A DNA stretch of 40,535 nt, taken from the IMG/VR virus record IMGVR_UViG_3300049173_000046, positions 1-40,535 of that record. One strand, given 5' to 3'. The notes beneath the pieces were generated by a model. The model was given only the letters and a program-made list of their open reading frames with translations, was not told the DNA's origin and did not search any database. Position 1 is the stretch's first letter. Each line of letters starts with the position of its first letter. Of the stretch, positions 1 to 9,044 are shown in pieces. The stretch comes from a virus (Duplodnaviria > Caudoviricetes). Made by a program: the position numbers and the translations under genes.

Positions 1-127
1 ACGACGGGGCAACGGCTCGGCTCCTGTTGGCCTGGGCCTTTTGTCTCGTGCCTGGTAGGTCAAGGGGTGGCCGGCTCTGAATTTTTCCGCCGTTCCTCTC
101 CCTGGGGGGTAAGGGCGTCTGAATCGC
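1..127. repeat. Terminal direct repeat (assembly overlap) identical to 40409-40535; circular contig, unit genome 40,408 bp
   Basis: First 127 nt match last 127 nt exactly and split the HNH gene; 127 is a standard assembler k-mer. Confidence 0.95.
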
Positions 128-148
128 TGTAGCTGACCCGGCGGCCCC

Positions 149-160
149 CTGTTGCCGGCA
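149..160. other. Candidate cos site / 3' overhang CTGTTGCCGGCA
   Basis: Lies in the non-coding gap between HNH and terminase genes where cos usually sits; resembles ..GTTGCCGGCA overhangs I recall from Arthrobacter siphoviruses (unverified). Confidence 0.35.
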
Positions 161-225
161 GTGATCCGTCTCCCCCCTGGGATCGTGCCGGGGGTCGCGC
201 GCGCGCGCGGGCGGGGTTGCTCCGG

Positions 226-657
226 CTAGGGCTTGTAGACACTCCACGGTTTAGCTACCCGGTGGCGTTTCCGGACCGGTGCCAGTCCTAGCACTTCCCG
301 CCGTTTGTAAACGGACCGAATGGACCGGCCTAGCTGGACGGCTAGTTCCTCGTATCCGGTGCCGGCGTCGATGCCGGCGCGCAGCTGCTTGTCGTCCTCG
401 GCGCTCCATAGTCGGTACTTGTTCACTTGCTGCGCTTCGGGCGGCCGCGGTGCCGGGACTCCGATGCCGCGCTGCTCGCGGTCCTGCTTTTTCTGCGCGT
501 TCTGGCACTTGTGGCAGACGTGCCGGCGGCCGCTGGCTAGCTGCGGGAAGCTGTCGCCGTCTGCAAGTTCTCCACATTTCCGGCAGGTACGGGCCAGGAC
601 GGTTCGGCCGCCGGATGAAAACGGGCTGTTTGGGCCCTTGCTGGGTAGACGGTCCAC
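226..657 (-). CDS. Zn-finger (CxxC..CxxC) + Myb/HTH-like DNA-binding protein
   Basis: CRKC and CHKC motifs, then WSAEDDKQL..YEELAVQLGRSIRSVYKRREVLGL (Myb/SANT-like HTH signature). Confidence 0.7.
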   Translation of the reverse strand: MDRLPSKGPNSPFSSGGRTVLARTCRKCGELADGDSFPQLASGRRHVCHKCQNAQKKQDREQRGIGVPAPRPPEAQQVNKYRLWSAEDDKQLRAGIDAGTGYEELAVQLGRSIRSVYKRREVLGLAPVRKRHRVAKPWSVYKP

Positions 658-679
658 CTATCAACGATAAAGGGGCGGG

Positions 680-757
680 GTGATTCTCGTGGATTGGGTT
701 GTGCTGCTGCTGGCGCTAATTCTGGTTGTGCTGATTATCGGGGCGGTGCGTCGCTAA
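680..757 (+). CDS. 25-aa single-TM micropeptide MILVDWVVLLLALILVVLIIGAVRR (not in ORF track)
   Basis: AAAGGGG SD, GTG start, TAATG stop/start overlap with terS. Confidence 0.6.
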   Translation: MILVDWVVLLLALILVVLIIGAVRR

Positions 758-1065
758 TGGACGTCTGGACTACTACCAACGAGGCGATTCAAGCCGGCAA
801 ACGGGCCGGGCAGCTTACCGATATGGACGAGGGCGCTTGCTCGGTCCTGCTGCAACTGGCGGAACGGCTGGACGATCCGGACTTCCCGGTGATCGACGGC
901 AAATTCGATAACGTCACGCAGGCGCTGTACTTCAAGGCTTGCGAACAACTCGGGCTAACGCCGGCCGGCCGGTCCCGTCTCGCGGAAAAGAAGGAAACGG
1001 GGGGTGGCAAACTTGCGCAACTCCGGGCGGTCCAGGGTGGTCAAGGGCGGAAGCGCGCCGGCTAA
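757..1065 (+). CDS. terS: Terminase small subunit
   Basis: Directly upstream of TerL; C-terminal LGLTPAGRSRL..KLAQLR motif typical of actinophage TerS; ATG at 757. Confidence 0.85.
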   Translation: MDVWTTTNEAIQAGKRAGQLTDMDEGACSVLLQLAERLDDPDFPVIDGKFDNVTQALYFKACEQLGLTPAGRSRLAEKKETGGGKLAQLRAVQGGQGRKRAG

Positions 1066-2650
1066 GCTCTACGGCGACGAAATTCCGCGGGTCTTTACTC
1101 CACCTTTGCGCCGGCTGACTCCTAAGACGTCGGCCGGCTTTGCCTGTATCGAATTTGCGGAAGACGTCCTGGGGCTGACCCTCTACCCGTGGCAAAAATT
1201 TTTTTTAGTTCACGCGCTGGAACTGCTGCCGGACGGGTCCTTCCGCTTCCGGACCGTGGTTCTCCTGGTGGCGCGGCAAAACGGTAAAAGCACGCTTGCT
1301 CAAGTCCTCGCGCTGTTCTTTATGTACCTTCGGGGCGCGCGGCTTGTGATCGGTACGGCGCAAAACTTGGACATCGCGGAAGAAGTCTGGGCCGGGGCCG
1401 TCGAAATTGCGGAAGATTGCGACGAACTGGCCGCGGAAATAAAGCGGGTCAATCAAACGAACGGCAAAAAGTCGCTGGACCTCACGACGGGCGAACGGTA
1501 CAAAGTCCAGACGGCTTCCCGCCGTGGCGGCCGTGGCCTGTCCGGGGATCTCATCCTCTTGGATGAACTCCGGGAACATCAGTCTTGGGATGCCTGGGGC
1601 GCTATCACTAAGACAACGATGGCGCGGGCGCTGGCGCTGATCTTGGCGCTTTCGAACGCCGGCGACGCGTCCTCTATCGTCCTTCGGTATCTGCGGAAAA
1701 TGGCGCACGCTGCACTCGGGGACCCGGACGGGATAAACGCGGACGGGCTCGGGCTGCTGGAAGTCGTGGAAGCGGTGCCGGAAGATATCGCGGAAGACGC
1801 GCCGGACGCCGACGACGATTCCCTCGGCATTTTCGAATGGTCGGCCCCGCCGGGCTGCTCGCTGGACGATAGGGCCGGCTGGGCTGCGGCTAACCCGTCG
1901 CTAGGGTACGCGATAACTGAACGGGCCATTGCGGCAGCGCGGAAGACGGACCCGGAATGGGTTTTTCGAACTGAGGTGCTGTGTCAGTGGAACGACGGCA
2001 CGACGGAGGGGCCGTTCCCGTCCGGGTCCTGGGAAGCGGGGACGGATCCGGCTTCGGCTATTCCTGCGGGGGCCCCCGTTACGTTCTGCGTGGACACTGA
2101 GCACGACCGTTCTCGGTCCTTTATCGCGGCAGCCGGCCGGCGGGAAGACGGCGACGTCCATGTGGAAGTGGTGGCGTCGCGGTACGGCTCGGCCTGGGCC
2201 CTGGATTGGTTCCGGGAACGGGCCACGGAAGCGTCGCCGCTGCGGGTAGTAATTCAAGCTCGAGGCGCTCCGGCGTCCGGGCTGATCGCGGACCTAAAGG
2301 AAATTCCGTTTTTGGAAGTCGTGGAATGGGGCGGCTCGGACCTGGGCGGCGGGTGCGGCAAATTCTATGACGGCGTAAAAGCTCACTTATGGCAGCCGGA
2401 CCCGGCGGAAAACGAAACGGAAGCGGACCGGCCGGCCCGGATTTGGCATCTTCCGCAGCCGGTTCTGGACCTGGCCGCCGGTACGGCGGTTACTAAACCG
2501 CTTGGGGATGCCTGGTGTTGGAACCGGAAGGCGTCGCCATACGGGGCGGCTCCGCTTATGGCCGTTACCGGTGCCGCGTGGGACGTCCTCCTGCCGGTGG
2601 AAGCTGTCGCCGTCTCGGCTTACGAATCGGCGGACCTAATGATCGTTTGA
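1004..2650 (+). CDS. terL: Terminase large subunit
   Basis: LYPWQ, Walker A ARQNGKS, Walker B LILLDE, ANPSLG motif, 548 aa. Confidence 0.97.
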   Translation: MANLRNSGRSRVVKGGSAPAKLYGDEIPRVFTPPLRRLTPKTSAGFACIEFAEDVLGLTLYPWQKFFLVHALELLPDGSFRFRTVVLLVARQNGKSTLAQVLALFFMYLRGARLVIGTAQNLDIAEEVWAGAVEIAEDCDELAAEIKRVNQTNGKKSLDLTTGERYKVQTASRRGGRGLSGDLILLDELREHQSWDAWGAITKTTMARALALILALSNAGDASSIVLRYLRKMAHAALGDPDGINADGLGLLEVVEAVPEDIAEDAPDADDDSLGIFEWSAPPGCSLDDRAGWAAANPSLGYAITERAIAAARKTDPEWVFRTEVLCQWNDGTTEGPFPSGSWEAGTDPASAIPAGAPVTFCVDTEHDRSRSFIAAAGRREDGDVHVEVVASRYGSAWALDWFRERATEASPLRVVIQARGAPASGLIADLKEIPFLEVVEWGGSDLGGGCGKFYDGVKAHLWQPDPAENETEADRPARIWHLPQPVLDLAAGTAVTKPLGDAWCWNRKASPYGAAPLMAVTGAAWDVLLPVEAVAVSAYESADLMIV

Positions 2651-2669
2651 ACCTGGAAGGCGGGCTGCC

Positions 2670-2945
2670 GTGGCAGTGGTGGAAATTGTGGCGGTGGTCC
2701 TGCTCATTGTGGCGGCGGCGGTGTATCTGCTCCGGCCGTGGTGGTCCTGGCGGCCCCTGTTGGCTCGTCGGGTGGTGGTCAATCTCAAGTCCGGCCGGGG
2801 TATCTCCGGGCTGCTGGTCCGCCGGTCCGGCGACTTGCTATTCATCCGGGACGCCGTGGCGCTCGAACCGGGCGCGGAACCTGCGGCCGCGGACGGGGAA
2901 GCTGTAGTGGCTCGGGCCGATATCGACTTTATCCAGGCACTATGA
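2670..2945 (+). CDS. Membrane-anchored Sm/LSm-like (putative RNA-binding) protein
   Basis: N-terminal TM helix, then RVVVNLKSGRGISGLL (Sm1-like) and GEAVVARADIDFIQ (Sm2-like). Confidence 0.6.
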   Translation: MAVVEIVAVVLLIVAAAVYLLRPWWSWRPLLARRVVVNLKSGRGISGLLVRRSGDLLFIRDAVALEPGAEPAAADGEAVVARADIDFIQAL

Positions 2946-2961
2946 ACCGGGCGGTGAAACT

Positions 2962-4932
2962 GTGGCTTTTGTAGTCTCTGAGGGCGCACTGCGGGGGGTG
3001 GCGGTTCCTGTCCGGGGCCCCGTTGCGTCGGTTCAACTCGCCGCGGACTTAACGCAGGATTATGCGGCTATCTGGCGGACCCAGGGCGCGGTTCGAACCG
3101 TCGTGGATTTCCTGGGCCGGAATATCGCGTCGCTTGGGCTGCATCAGTTCCGGCGCGTGTCCGATACGGACCGGGAACGGCTGACGGATACGGACCTAAT
3201 CCGGCTTATCAATCAACCTAACCCGTCTACTACTAAGTACCGGCTACTCGACGCGCTGGTGCATGATATGGGCATTTACGACCGGGCCTATTGGCTCAAG
3301 GCGCGGACCAAAAAGGGGCAGCCGTTCCTGCTCCGGCTGCCGCCGGCGTATGTCCGGCCTATCGGCACGTGGATGTGGGCGGACGCGTTCGAATTCAACG
3401 GCGGCCGGGAACGCAAGATTTACCCGGCGGACCAGGTGGTTCACTTCCGCGGCTACTCGCCGGACGGCGACGCGTCCGGGGCGTCTCCTATCGAATCGCT
3501 GCGCCGGGTGCTGGCGGAAGAATATGAAGCGGGCCGGATGCGGGAAAACACGCTGCGGAACGGGGCCCGCGTCTCGGGTTACCTGGAACGGCCGGCCGGT
3601 GCGCCGGCCTGGTCCGACACTGCGGCGGACCGGTTCCGCCGGTCCTGGCAGGCTCAATATGCCGGCAGCGGTCCCATGGCCGGCGGTACTCCCATTTTAG
3701 AAGATGGGATGAAATTTGTTGCCGCGTCGCAAACGGCGGAACAACTCCAATATGTGGAAGCGCGGAAGCTTACGCGGGAAGAAGTCGCCGCGGCCTATTT
3801 CATCCCGCCGACCATGGTTGGCGTTATGGACTCGGCCACCTTTTCGAACATAAAAGAGCAACATAAACACTTGTACCAGGACACGTTGGGGCCCTGGCTG
3901 CAAATGATCGCGGAAGAACTGGCGCTGCAACTGCTCGGGGACTTCCCGGACTCTCAAGGTACTTACCTAGAGTTCAACCTGGCCGAAAAGCTCCGCGGGT
4001 CCTTTGAAGAACAAGCGGCGCAACTGCAGGCGTCTGTCGGCGGTCCGTTCATGACTCGGAATGAAGCGCGGGCACTGTCTAACCTGCCGGCTATCGACGG
4101 CGGCGACGAACTAATCGTTCCGATGAACGTGACGGAAGGCGGGCAGGCGTCGCCACAGGACTCGGCACCGGACGGGCTTATGGCCGGCGGGGACCGGCTG
4201 GCGCTCAAGGGGGCCCCCGTTCCGCGGGTCAAGGCCGGCCCGGACCTGACGGACGAACAAAAGGCCGGCGCGATGGCCTTGTTTGAGGGGTTCTTCGAAC
4301 GGCAGCGGAAAACGGTGGTTTCCGCTATCGCTGCCGGCGGGGAATGGTGGGACGCGGAACGCTGGAACGCGGAACTTGCCGCGGACCTGGAAGCGTTCGC
4401 GCTGTCGCTGACTACTGAGGTCGGCCGGGCTCAAGCTCTGGCGCTCGGTTTCGACGCGGCGGACTATGACGTGGAACGGACCCTGGAATTCCTGGCGTCC
4501 GTCGCGGCGTCTCGGGCCGAAATGGTCAACACTTCCACGGAACGGACCCTGCGGGCCGAACTGGAAGCGGCGGAAGAAGAACTGGAAGAAGAAGAAGACG
4601 CGGACCGGGCGCGGGCATATGCGGCCGGGGCCGTCTTCGATAACGCCGTCGCTCAACGGGCCGGCGCTGCCGGTTCTGCGTTCGCCGTCAACCTGGCGTC
4701 GTTCGCTTCGGTGGAAGCGGGGGAAAAGCTCGCCGGCGATTCCCTCGTCAAAACGTGGCGCGTAACGTCCAATAACCCGCGGACGGCTCACGTCCGGATG
4801 AACGGGGAAACGGTCCCTATCGGGGAGAAGTTCTCGAACGGGATGAACTGGCCGGGGGACCCTCGGGGCGGCCCGGATGAAGTGGCCGGCTGTGAATGCT
4901 CGGTCGACGTGTCCTATGCGGAAGACAACTAA
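2962..4932 (+). CDS. HK97-type portal protein fused to MuF-like minor head domain
   Basis: INQPNP, VVHFR, GASPI, ILEDGMKF, MTRNEAR portal motifs; C-terminal KTW..PRTAH..NGE..PGDP..CECS MuF-like motif. Confidence 0.92.
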   Translation: MAFVVSEGALRGVAVPVRGPVASVQLAADLTQDYAAIWRTQGAVRTVVDFLGRNIASLGLHQFRRVSDTDRERLTDTDLIRLINQPNPSTTKYRLLDALVHDMGIYDRAYWLKARTKKGQPFLLRLPPAYVRPIGTWMWADAFEFNGGRERKIYPADQVVHFRGYSPDGDASGASPIESLRRVLAEEYEAGRMRENTLRNGARVSGYLERPAGAPAWSDTAADRFRRSWQAQYAGSGPMAGGTPILEDGMKFVAASQTAEQLQYVEARKLTREEVAAAYFIPPTMVGVMDSATFSNIKEQHKHLYQDTLGPWLQMIAEELALQLLGDFPDSQGTYLEFNLAEKLRGSFEEQAAQLQASVGGPFMTRNEARALSNLPAIDGGDELIVPMNVTEGGQASPQDSAPDGLMAGGDRLALKGAPVPRVKAGPDLTDEQKAGAMALFEGFFERQRKTVVSAIAAGGEWWDAERWNAELAADLEAFALSLTTEVGRAQALALGFDAADYDVERTLEFLASVAASRAEMVNTSTERTLRAELEAAEEELEEEEDADRARAYAAGAVFDNAVAQRAGAAGSAFAVNLASFASVEAGEKLAGDSLVKTWRVTSNNPRTAHVRMNGETVPIGEKFSNGMNWPGDPRGGPDEVAGCECSVDVSYAEDN

Positions 4933-4950
4933 CCGGCCGGGGAGGTCATT

Positions 4951-5709
4951 GTGAAAGTCAAGGATTTACCCGTTCGGGTGAAATTCGATGAAGACGGGCT
5001 GGAAGACGGGCAATTCGTCGGCTATGCGTCCGTTTTCGGCAATATCGATAGCTACGGGGACGTGGTCATGCCGGGCGCGTTCGCTAACACGCTTGCCGAA
5101 TGGAAGGCGTCGGGCAATTCGTTGCCGGTCCTCTACGGGCACAACATGAGCGACCCGGAATACAATATCGGGCACGTTCTGGAAGCGGCGGAAGACGAAC
5201 GCGGCCTGCGGGTCCGTTCCCAGCTGGATCTCGATTCCCCAAAGGGCGCGGCGTCTTACCGGGCCGTCAAGGGTAAGCGAATTTCGCAAATGTCCTTTGC
5301 CTATGACGTCGTGCGCGGTGCGCCGGCGACTCGGGACGGCGTGGACGTTTACGAAATTCACGAGGTCAAGCTTTACGAGGTGTCGTTGGTGCTGATCGGT
5401 GCCAACCAGGAAACTTCCATTCTCGCTGTCAAGGCGGCCGCGGAAGCGGTGGCCGGCGGGGTGAAAGAAGGCCGGGTCCTCTCGGCCAAACATGTGGACT
5501 CGCTGCGGAACGCGCGGGACTCCATCGACGCCGTGTTGTCTGCGGCGGAAGTAGTAACCGAACAAGAGAAGGCCAGCGGTACTGGTGCCGGCGTTAAGGA
5601 CGAGGCGGCTTCCGGCCGTAAGTCTGAGGACCCGGCCCCCAATCCGTCCGCGCGGACCTTGACGGGCTATCTGGCGCTGGAAGCGGACCTAATCGCGGCC
5701 GGCGTCTAA
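4951..5709 (+). CDS. Capsid maturation (prohead) protease, HK97 family
   Basis: GYASVF..DSYGD, LYGH, MSFAY, LYEVSLV..GAN motifs. Confidence 0.95.
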   Translation: MKVKDLPVRVKFDEDGLEDGQFVGYASVFGNIDSYGDVVMPGAFANTLAEWKASGNSLPVLYGHNMSDPEYNIGHVLEAAEDERGLRVRSQLDLDSPKGAASYRAVKGKRISQMSFAYDVVRGAPATRDGVDVYEIHEVKLYEVSLVLIGANQETSILAVKAAAEAVAGGVKEGRVLSAKHVDSLRNARDSIDAVLSAAEVVTEQEKASGTGAGVKDEAASGRKSEDPAPNPSARTLTGYLALEADLIAAGV

Positions 5710-5727
5710 CAACTCAAAAACGAAACT

Positions 5728-5758
5728 AACCGTTCGGCTCCTGCCGGGCGGTTTTTTT
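5728..5758 (+). terminator. Intrinsic terminator-like hairpin just upstream of capsid gene
   Basis: AACCGTTCGGC-TCCT-GCCGGGCGGTT then T run. Confidence 0.6.
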
Positions 5759-5780
5759 GATGCCTGGAAGGGGCGACATT

Positions 5781-7070
5781 ATGAGCGAAAAGCTCAAGCG
5801 ACTGCAGGAAGCTGCGGCGGCTGCCGCGAAAACTGCGCGGGAAATTGCGGAAAAGGCGGACGCCGAGGGGCGTTCTCTGACGGATGCCGAAAAGGGCGAC
5901 TACGACGCGGCTATGCTCAAGGGCCGGGACCTGCTGGACTCCATCCGGGCCGCTAAAGCGGACCTGGAAGTCCTCGACTCGGCGCGGGCCCTGGCCGCTG
6001 AAATTGGCGAACCGGCCGTGGCTGACCTGGACCACCAGGCTAAGTCCGGCGACACGGTCCGCCGTATGCGGAACCTCGGGCTGGAAGTCGTGGGCTCTGC
6101 TGCTTTCAAGGCGGCTATGGCTCCGTTCGGGGACCGTGTCCCGGAAAAGGCGCGTTTCCAGACTGACCCGATTTCGGTGAAGTCGCTTTTTACCGGCACC
6201 GATGCCACTTCGGCCGGCGTCTTCGTCACGGCTGAACAGACGGGCATCCTCGAAACGCTCGGCCGCCGGCCCCTGACTATCCGAAACGTGATTTCGGTGC
6301 GCCGGACCGGCTCGGACACGGTGGAATATGTGCGGCAGACGGCGCACACTAACGCGGCCGCGACGGTTCCGGAAGCTACTAGCTCCGCAACGGATGGAAC
6401 CGCCACCACGATTACGGGCGGCTATAAGCCGGAAGGCTCGTGGGCGTTCGAACGTCAGACGGCGACGGTTAAGACCATTGCCGAATGGGTCCCGGCTACT
6501 AAGCGCGCTTTGGCGGACGCCGGGCAGCTTGAGGGGCTTATCAATGACGAATTGCGCGCGGATATCGCGGAAGAAGAAGAAAACCAGATTCTCTCGGGCG
6601 ACGGCTCCGGGGAAGACTTGACGGGCATCTTCAACACTTCCGGGATTCAAACGCAGGCGTTTGCTACTGACATTTTCACAACGGTCCGTAAGGCCATCAC
6701 AAAGGCGCGGGTCGTCGGCCGCGTCGTGCCTAACGCCGTTGCGCTCAATCCTGAGCAGGTGGAAGTGGTGGACCTGGCGCGCGAAAACGGCGCGACGGGT
6801 GCTTTCCTCGGTGCCGGCCCGTTCGCTATGGGTCCGCGGACCCTGTGGGGTCTTCCCATCGTGGAATCGGAAGCAATCCCGGCCGGCCGCGGCCTGGTGG
6901 GCGACTTCACAAAGGCCGTCCTGTGGGACCGCGAACAAACCACGGTGACTGTTACCGATAGCCACGCGGATTTCTTCATTCGGAACCTCGTGGCCATTCT
7001 CGCGGAAGAACGCGTCGCGTTCGGCGTGACTCGTCCGACCGCTTTTGTCGATACGGACGTGGCGGCTTAG
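5781..7070 (+). CDS. Major capsid protein (HK97 fold, N-terminal delta domain)
   Basis: Follows protease; coiled-coil N-term, KPE, LADAGQL, ILSGDG, RTLWGLPIV, GDF, RNLVAILAEER motifs; GGAAGGGG SD before ATG 5781. Confidence 0.96.
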   Translation: MSEKLKRLQEAAAAAAKTAREIAEKADAEGRSLTDAEKGDYDAAMLKGRDLLDSIRAAKADLEVLDSARALAAEIGEPAVADLDHQAKSGDTVRRMRNLGLEVVGSAAFKAAMAPFGDRVPEKARFQTDPISVKSLFTGTDATSAGVFVTAEQTGILETLGRRPLTIRNVISVRRTGSDTVEYVRQTAHTNAAATVPEATSSATDGTATTITGGYKPEGSWAFERQTATVKTIAEWVPATKRALADAGQLEGLINDELRADIAEEEENQILSGDGSGEDLTGIFNTSGIQTQAFATDIFTTVRKAITKARVVGRVVPNAVALNPEQVEVVDLARENGATGAFLGAGPFAMGPRTLWGLPIVESEAIPAGRGLVGDFTKAVLWDREQTTVTVTDSHADFFIRNLVAILAEERVAFGVTRPTAFVDTDVAA

Positions 7071-7086
7071 TCCGTCTTTCCTGACT

Positions 7087-7128
7087 GACGGCGGGGCCCC
7101 CGTTCGGGGGTCCGGGGGCCCTGCCGTC
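7087..7128 (+). terminator. Strong hairpin after capsid gene
   Basis: GACGGCGGGGCCCCCG/CGGGGGCCCTGCCGTC stem; no clear U tract. Confidence 0.5.
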
Positions 7129-7154
7129 CTCAAACGGATAGGAGGGGTTCTGCC

Positions 7155-7352
7155 ATGGCTGGACTCAAGAGCTACACAACGGAAGTAAACGGCATTCAGA
7201 CAACTCTGCGGCTCTCGGATGCGGACGCGAAAACGCGCGGGCTAACCGCGGATAAGCCGGCCGCGGCCGCGGACATTCCGGAAGACGCGCCGGCCCAAAA
7301 GGCGGCACCGGCTCCGGCCAATAAGTCGCGGACCGCGGCCACCAACAAATAA
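7155..7352 (+). CDS. Small virion-associated protein after capsid
   Basis: AGGAGG SD; PANKSR C-terminal motif common in this position. Confidence 0.75.
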   Translation: MAGLKSYTTEVNGIQTTLRLSDADAKTRGLTADKPAAAADIPEDAPAQKAAPAPANKSRTAATNK

Positions 7353-7370
7353 CGGGAAGGCGGGGCGGCC

Positions 7371-7961
7371 GTGACGACCGAAATTATCGAACCGGACGGC
7401 GCGGCGTTCCGTCTGCCGCCGTTGGTCACGCCGGAGGAATTTTCGGCGTGGACCGGCGGGAAGGTGCCGGCAGCGGACCCGCGGGTGGGTCCGCTGCTCG
7501 CCGGCGCTTCGGCCGGCATCCGGCGGTGGTGCCGTTGGCATGTTGCGCCGGTACTTGAGGAAACGCTGACCGGCGACGGTCCGGGCGGCGGGCTGCTGCT
7601 GCTGCCTACGGGCCGGCTCCTGGCGGTGCTGTCCGGAACTAACGCCGGCGCTCCGGTGGACGTCGCCGGCCTGGACTTTTCCCAAAACGGGATGGTGGAA
7701 CTTCGGGACTTGCGGACCTGGGCCCCTCGGTTCGGCGGCGTCTCGCTGCGGGTCCGGCACGGCTATGACTTGGCGGACGTTCCGGACCTCCAGGCAATAG
7801 TCAAGCAAGTAACCGCGAATGCTCTGGCGTCTCCTATGGGCGCGACGCGGGAACAAGCGGGCACGGTTTCCGTTGCCTGGTCCACTACTGCGCCGGGCGT
7901 CTCCGGCGGTCTTTCGCTGCTGCAGCGGGATCTCGAACTACTCGCCGCGTTCAAAATTTAG
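7371..7961 (+). CDS. Head-to-tail adaptor
   Basis: Synteny; IRRWCRWHVAP, VRHGY, LL..D..LL..FKI motifs. Confidence 0.85.
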   Translation: MTTEIIEPDGAAFRLPPLVTPEEFSAWTGGKVPAADPRVGPLLAGASAGIRRWCRWHVAPVLEETLTGDGPGGGLLLLPTGRLLAVLSGTNAGAPVDVAGLDFSQNGMVELRDLRTWAPRFGGVSLRVRHGYDLADVPDLQAIVKQVTANALASPMGATREQAGTVSVAWSTTAPGVSGGLSLLQRDLELLAAFKI

Positions 7962-7969
7962 GGGGTCCG

Positions 7970-8314
7970 GTGCTGCCGTCATTTGCGAACGATACGCCGG
8001 TCCTCGTCCGGCCGGTCTGGACTACGGACGCGCGGGGGACCCGCCGGCCGGACTACGGGCCGGCGGCTTCGCGGGCCCCGGTTCCGGGCTCGCTGCTCCA
8101 GCCGGGTGCGTCGCTGGAAGTCCTGGAAGGCCGGGTGTCTGCTGTCGCGGTCCGCTGGTCCTGGTTCGCTCCGGCGGGCACGGATATTCAAGCTTCGGAC
8201 GCCGTCGAATGGGAAGGCCGGCTGTACGCCGTGGACGGCGAACCGGCCCGGCACCGTTCTCCTACTGGTGCCGTCTCCCACGTCCTTGCTCTGCTGATCG
8301 ACTGGAAGGGGTAG
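7970..8314 (+). CDS. Head-to-tail stopper
   Basis: Synteny; LQPG, APAGTDI..SDAVEW.G..Y.VDGEP motifs. Confidence 0.85.
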   Translation: MLPSFANDTPVLVRPVWTTDARGTRRPDYGPAASRAPVPGSLLQPGASLEVLEGRVSAVAVRWSWFAPAGTDIQASDAVEWEGRLYAVDGEPARHRSPTGAVSHVLALLIDWKG

Positions 8315-8317
8315 GGC

Positions 8318-8581
8318 GTGGGCTCGACGTCAAAAGTAACCCGTATCAAATTCAACGGCGCGACGTTCCGGAAATTGCTTAGGGGCGACCAGGGCATTCG
8401 GCCGGACCTGATCCGGCGCGGGTCCGCTATCGCTGCGGCAGCGGGGGACGGCGTCGGCGTCAAGGTCACAACGGGCGCTAACCGTATGCGCGTCACTGTT
8501 GCTACTGAATCGCTGGAAGCGGTGAAACGGGAAGCAACGGACAAGACGCTGACTCGGTCGCTAGGGGCCGGCCGTGGCTGA
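8318..8581 (+). CDS. Neck/tail-completion protein (HK97 gp10-like position)
   Basis: Synteny, basic 87 aa, L.R.LG C-term. Confidence 0.6.
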   Translation: MGSTSKVTRIKFNGATFRKLLRGDQGIRPDLIRRGSAIAAAAGDGVGVKVTTGANRMRVTVATESLEAVKREATDKTLTRSLGAGRG

Positions 8582-9014
8582 CTTCGTGGAAGGCGCGGAC
8601 GGTGAAACGGTCCTAATCGGTTACCTGCGGAACCTCCTGGGGCAGCAGCCGGGCTTCGAATCGGTGGAAGTCGTGGGGGCCATGCCGTCCTCAAGTAAGG
8701 ACTATGAACCGCCGGCGGAAGCTGTGACGGTTCGGCTAACCGGTGGAACTCCGCGGGACGTCCTGGTGGATAACTGCCAATTGACCATTACGGCGTGGGC
8801 GGGCGACGGCGGGGAAGTCCGGGCGTCCGATATCTGCCGGCGGGCGGCCGGCCTGATCCGGGCCGCGGAACGTCTCGGCTACATGGGCGCGACGGTCTGC
8901 ACTTCGGTTCAGGTCCTCTCGCTGCCGTATATGGACCCGGACCCGGTGACGTCTCGGGCCCGGTATTCAGCCACTTTCGTGGTGTCAATGCGCGGGCAAG
9001 TTGTCCGTACATAA
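8574..9014 (+). CDS. Tail terminator
   Basis: Just before major tail; V.LTGG..D, PDP..ARY motifs. Confidence 0.8.
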   Translation: MADFVEGADGETVLIGYLRNLLGQQPGFESVEVVGAMPSSSKDYEPPAEAVTVRLTGGTPRDVLVDNCQLTITAWAGDGGEVRASDICRRAAGLIRAAERLGYMGATVCTSVQVLSLPYMDPDPVTSRARYSATFVVSMRGQVVRT

Positions 9015-9044
9015 GTAAGTAATGATGCCTGAAAGGGGCAGAAA

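Noticed and set aside
4570-4600. GAA repeat
   Set aside because: Poly-Glu linker in the MuF-like region; reflects GAA codon preference
5706-7133. 475-aa antisense ORF over capsid (and 16363-17850 over the tail gene)
   Set aside because: Shadow ORFs of high-GC coding DNA; Arg/Pro-rich, no motifs
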